Part shown: positions 61,994 to 64,000 of the stretch, piece after piece
How the letters are laid out: each line of letters starts with the position of its first letter
Position numbering within the stretch: the first letter of the stretch is position 1
Source: Nannocystis bainbridge
GTDB lineage: Bacteria; Myxococcota_A; Polyangia; Nannocystales; Nannocystaceae
DNA length: 64,000 nucleotides
Reading direction: 5' to 3'
Assembly: GCF_028368995.1 (NCBI RefSeq)
Contig: NZ_JAQNDL010000003.1
Location: 64,001-128,000, forward strand
The notes under the pieces: generated by a model
What the model was told of the DNA's origin: nothing
Databases searched by the model: none
What the model saw: the letters and a program-made list of their open reading frames with translations, nothing else
Position numbers and translations under genes: made by a program

Positions 61994-63079
61994 TCAACCG
62001 CGCCGCTTGACCAGCGCCAGCCCGAGGCCGAGCACGAACAGCAGGAAGCGGGCAGCGTCGCTCGGATCGCCGCCGTCGCTGCTGCACGCGCAGCCCTTGC
62101 CGTCGTCGTCGCCGCCGGCGCTGTCGCTGTCGCTCGACGTATCGCCGGTGGCGTCGCCGGTGGCATCGCCGGACGTATCGCCGGTGGTCGGCCCGGTGTC
62201 TGTCTCCTCGCCGGTGGTCGGCTGCACCTCGCTCGCGCACGCGCTGCCCGGCACCGCGTCCGCCTCGGTCCAATCCGGCTCCGCCGGCGAGTCGATCTCG
62301 TGGGCGATGTCGTCGGTGCGGGCGTAGCAGGCCGAGCACAGCTCGAACGGCTCGGCCGCGTTGCCGGCGGCGTCGATCGCCGACACCTCGAAGCAGAGCT
62401 TCTGCGGGTCCCAGCTGCCGAGCTGCGTCTCGTGCAGCCCCACCCGGGCCACGAGCGCATCGCCGTCGGCCCGCACCGTCCGGCGCACGCCGAGCGGTCC
62501 CTCGCCGTCGGGGTCCCAGGCGATCGTGAAGAACGTCGGATCGCCGGGCGCGGGGTCGGTCTGGCCGAGGTGGAAGTAGAACGTGAGGTCGGTGTCGCTC
62601 TGGCAGTCGCCGCCGCTCGACACGAAGTCGCGGTGGTCGTAGACCGCGAAGAACGACGCATCGACGATCGGCGCCGGCGCCCCGACGTCGTCCGCGCTGG
62701 CGGTATAGGTGATCGTCGTCGGCTCGCATTCACCCGGATCGCAGAAGGTGCCCGACACCACCACGACCTGGCCCTCGGTCGGCGCCGGCTCGACGAACGC
62801 GCTCGCCGCCGCCAACGAGACCCCGAAGTCCGCCGGCACCAGCGTGGCCGGCTCGCCGTCGACCGTGACGGTCACGTCGTCGAGCTTGATGTAGTAACCG
62901 TTGAACAGCAGCGCCGCGTTGCCCGGGTGGGTGGTGCCGTCGACCGGCAGCGAGCTCTCCAGGCCCGGCGGCGGCGGTCCGCAGGCCTCGGCCGGGCGCG
63001 CGACCAAACCAGAAAGGGCACACGCGCCGATAAGCGCGGTGCCCTGCACGAAGCGACGGAAGCCGGGGGTCTTCAGCAT
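61994..63079 (-). CDS. Exported protein with MYXO-CTERM-like sorting signal
   Basis: Signal peptide ...ARPAEAC; C-terminus KGCACSS...FLLFVLGLGLALVKRRG. Confidence 0.85.
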   Translation of the reverse strand: MLKTPGFRRFVQGTALIGACALSGLVARPAEACGPPPPGLESSLPVDGTTHPGNAALLFNGYYIKLDDVTVTVDGEPATLVPADFGVSLAAASAFVEPAPTEGQVVVVSGTFCDPGECEPTTITYTASADDVGAPAPIVDASFFAVYDHRDFVSSGGDCQSDTDLTFYFHLGQTDPAPGDPTFFTIAWDPDGEGPLGVRRTVRADGDALVARVGLHETQLGSWDPQKLCFEVSAIDAAGNAAEPFELCSACYARTDDIAHEIDSPAEPDWTEADAVPGSACASEVQPTTGEETDTGPTTGDTSGDATGDATGDTSSDSDSAGGDDDGKGCACSSDGGDPSDAARFLLFVLGLGLALVKRRG

Positions 63080-63354
63080 GATGCGGGTACATCTGCAAGC
63101 CACGCGCACCACCCCCGATCGTGAGTGATTTCCGCCGGTTGCGGCGGCTCTCGGGGCCCCGGGTGACGTGCCACATGGCGCGACTGTCCCGGTCACGACG
63201 CGCGCGCCGGCCCCGTCTGCGCCCGCGCACGCGGGGCCCGATGCGCGCCCGCGGGGGCAGTCTGTCCCCCGGGACAGCTTTTTAAAGATGTCTTTCAGGA
63301 CATGTTATTGGCGGCCCGGTCGTCGGCGCCCCGCGATTTCGCTACTCTCCCGGC

Positions 63355-64000
63355 GTGTCGCGTCCGCACGCCGCGCTCTGGCTCGCCGGCCTCCTCCTGT
63401 GGGCGTTCGCCGCCCTGGCCGCGCCGGCCGCGGGCCTCGTGCTCGCCGCGGCCGAGCCGGGCACGCCGGTCCGGCTGCCGACGCTGCTGGCGATCGCCGG
63501 CGACAGCCTCGTCCTCGCGGCCGCGCTCGCCGGCCTGGCGCTCGCCCTCGCCTACCCGCTGGCGCGCGCGGTCACGGCTCCGTGGCTGCTGCTGTTCGTC
63601 ATGATCGCCCCGCTGGCCCGGGCGATCGGCGCGCTCGCGCTGGGCCTGTCCCCCGGGACAGGTGCCGTCGCGCTCGCGCGGCTCGCCGGCGATGTCCCGC
63701 TGGCCGCCCTGCTGCTGCGCGCGCGGCTGCGGACCCGCCCGCGCAGCTGGCTCGACGCCGCCGCCGATCTCGGCGCCGGGCCGTGGCGGCGCTTCGTCAC
63801 CGTCGAGTGGCCGCACCTGCGCCCCGCCTACGCGCTGGCCGCGGTCTGCCTGGTCTTGCTGGCCCTCGGCGACGCCACGATCGCCGCGGTCGCCGGCGGC
63901 GGCAAGCGCTTCACCCTCGGCCTGGCCCTGCGCGAGGCCGTCCTGCTCGACGCTCATCCGCGGCGCGCCGCGGCGATCGCCGCCCTGTTCGCCGCGATCG
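63355..64000 (+). CDS. ABC transporter permease (PotB/C-like), runs off right edge
   Basis: Manual translation from GTG 63355 is hydrophobic, with EAA-type loop WLDAAADLGAGPWRRF; absent from ORF track. Confidence 0.78.
   Translation, partial: MSRPHAALWLAGLLLWAFAALAAPAAGLVLAAAEPGTPVRLPTLLAIAGDSLVLAAALAGLALALAYPLARAVTAPWLLLFVMIAPLARAIGALALGLSPGTGAVALARLAGDVPLAALLLRARLRTRPRSWLDAAADLGAGPWRRFVTVEWPHLRPAYALAAVCLVLLALGDATIAAVAGGGKRFTLGLALREAVLLDAHPRRAAAIAALFAAI

Overview
GC-rich myxobacterial DNA, probably Nannocystaceae (inferred from the Ser/Thr kinase-TPR/ECF-sigma neighbourhood, Thr-rich lipoproteins, a MYXO-CTERM-like sorting signal and a STAS-output kinase). Most long ORFs in the supplied track are antisense shadows of real genes. 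Left to right: the 5' part of an NRPS (degenerate C-A-T-C, running off the left edge and missing from the ORF track); a DUF4388-TPR / roadblock / roadblock / protoglobin operon with no GTPase; housekeeping genes; an enoyl-CoA hydratase / 2OG-Fe hydroxylase / flavin halogenase operon; a kinase-ECF module; a decayed accessory region (ISL3, IS66, integrase and IS1380 remnants, a frameshifted secreted metalloprotease, several gene fragments); a pseudokinase-AAA-GAF-STAS giant; an AraC-linked amidohydrolase / alginate-export / YcaC / XapX / DoxX operon behind a duplicated control region; a PLP decarboxylase fused to two EF-hands; and lipid/polyester hydrolases. A 14-bp palindrome (TGTCC-N4-GGACA) recurs in head-to-tail arrays with CATG every 14 bp, both between genes and in frame inside genes. 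No rRNA, tRNA or CRISPR array was recognised. All family calls are from motifs read by eye, not database searches, and many start codons are approximate.
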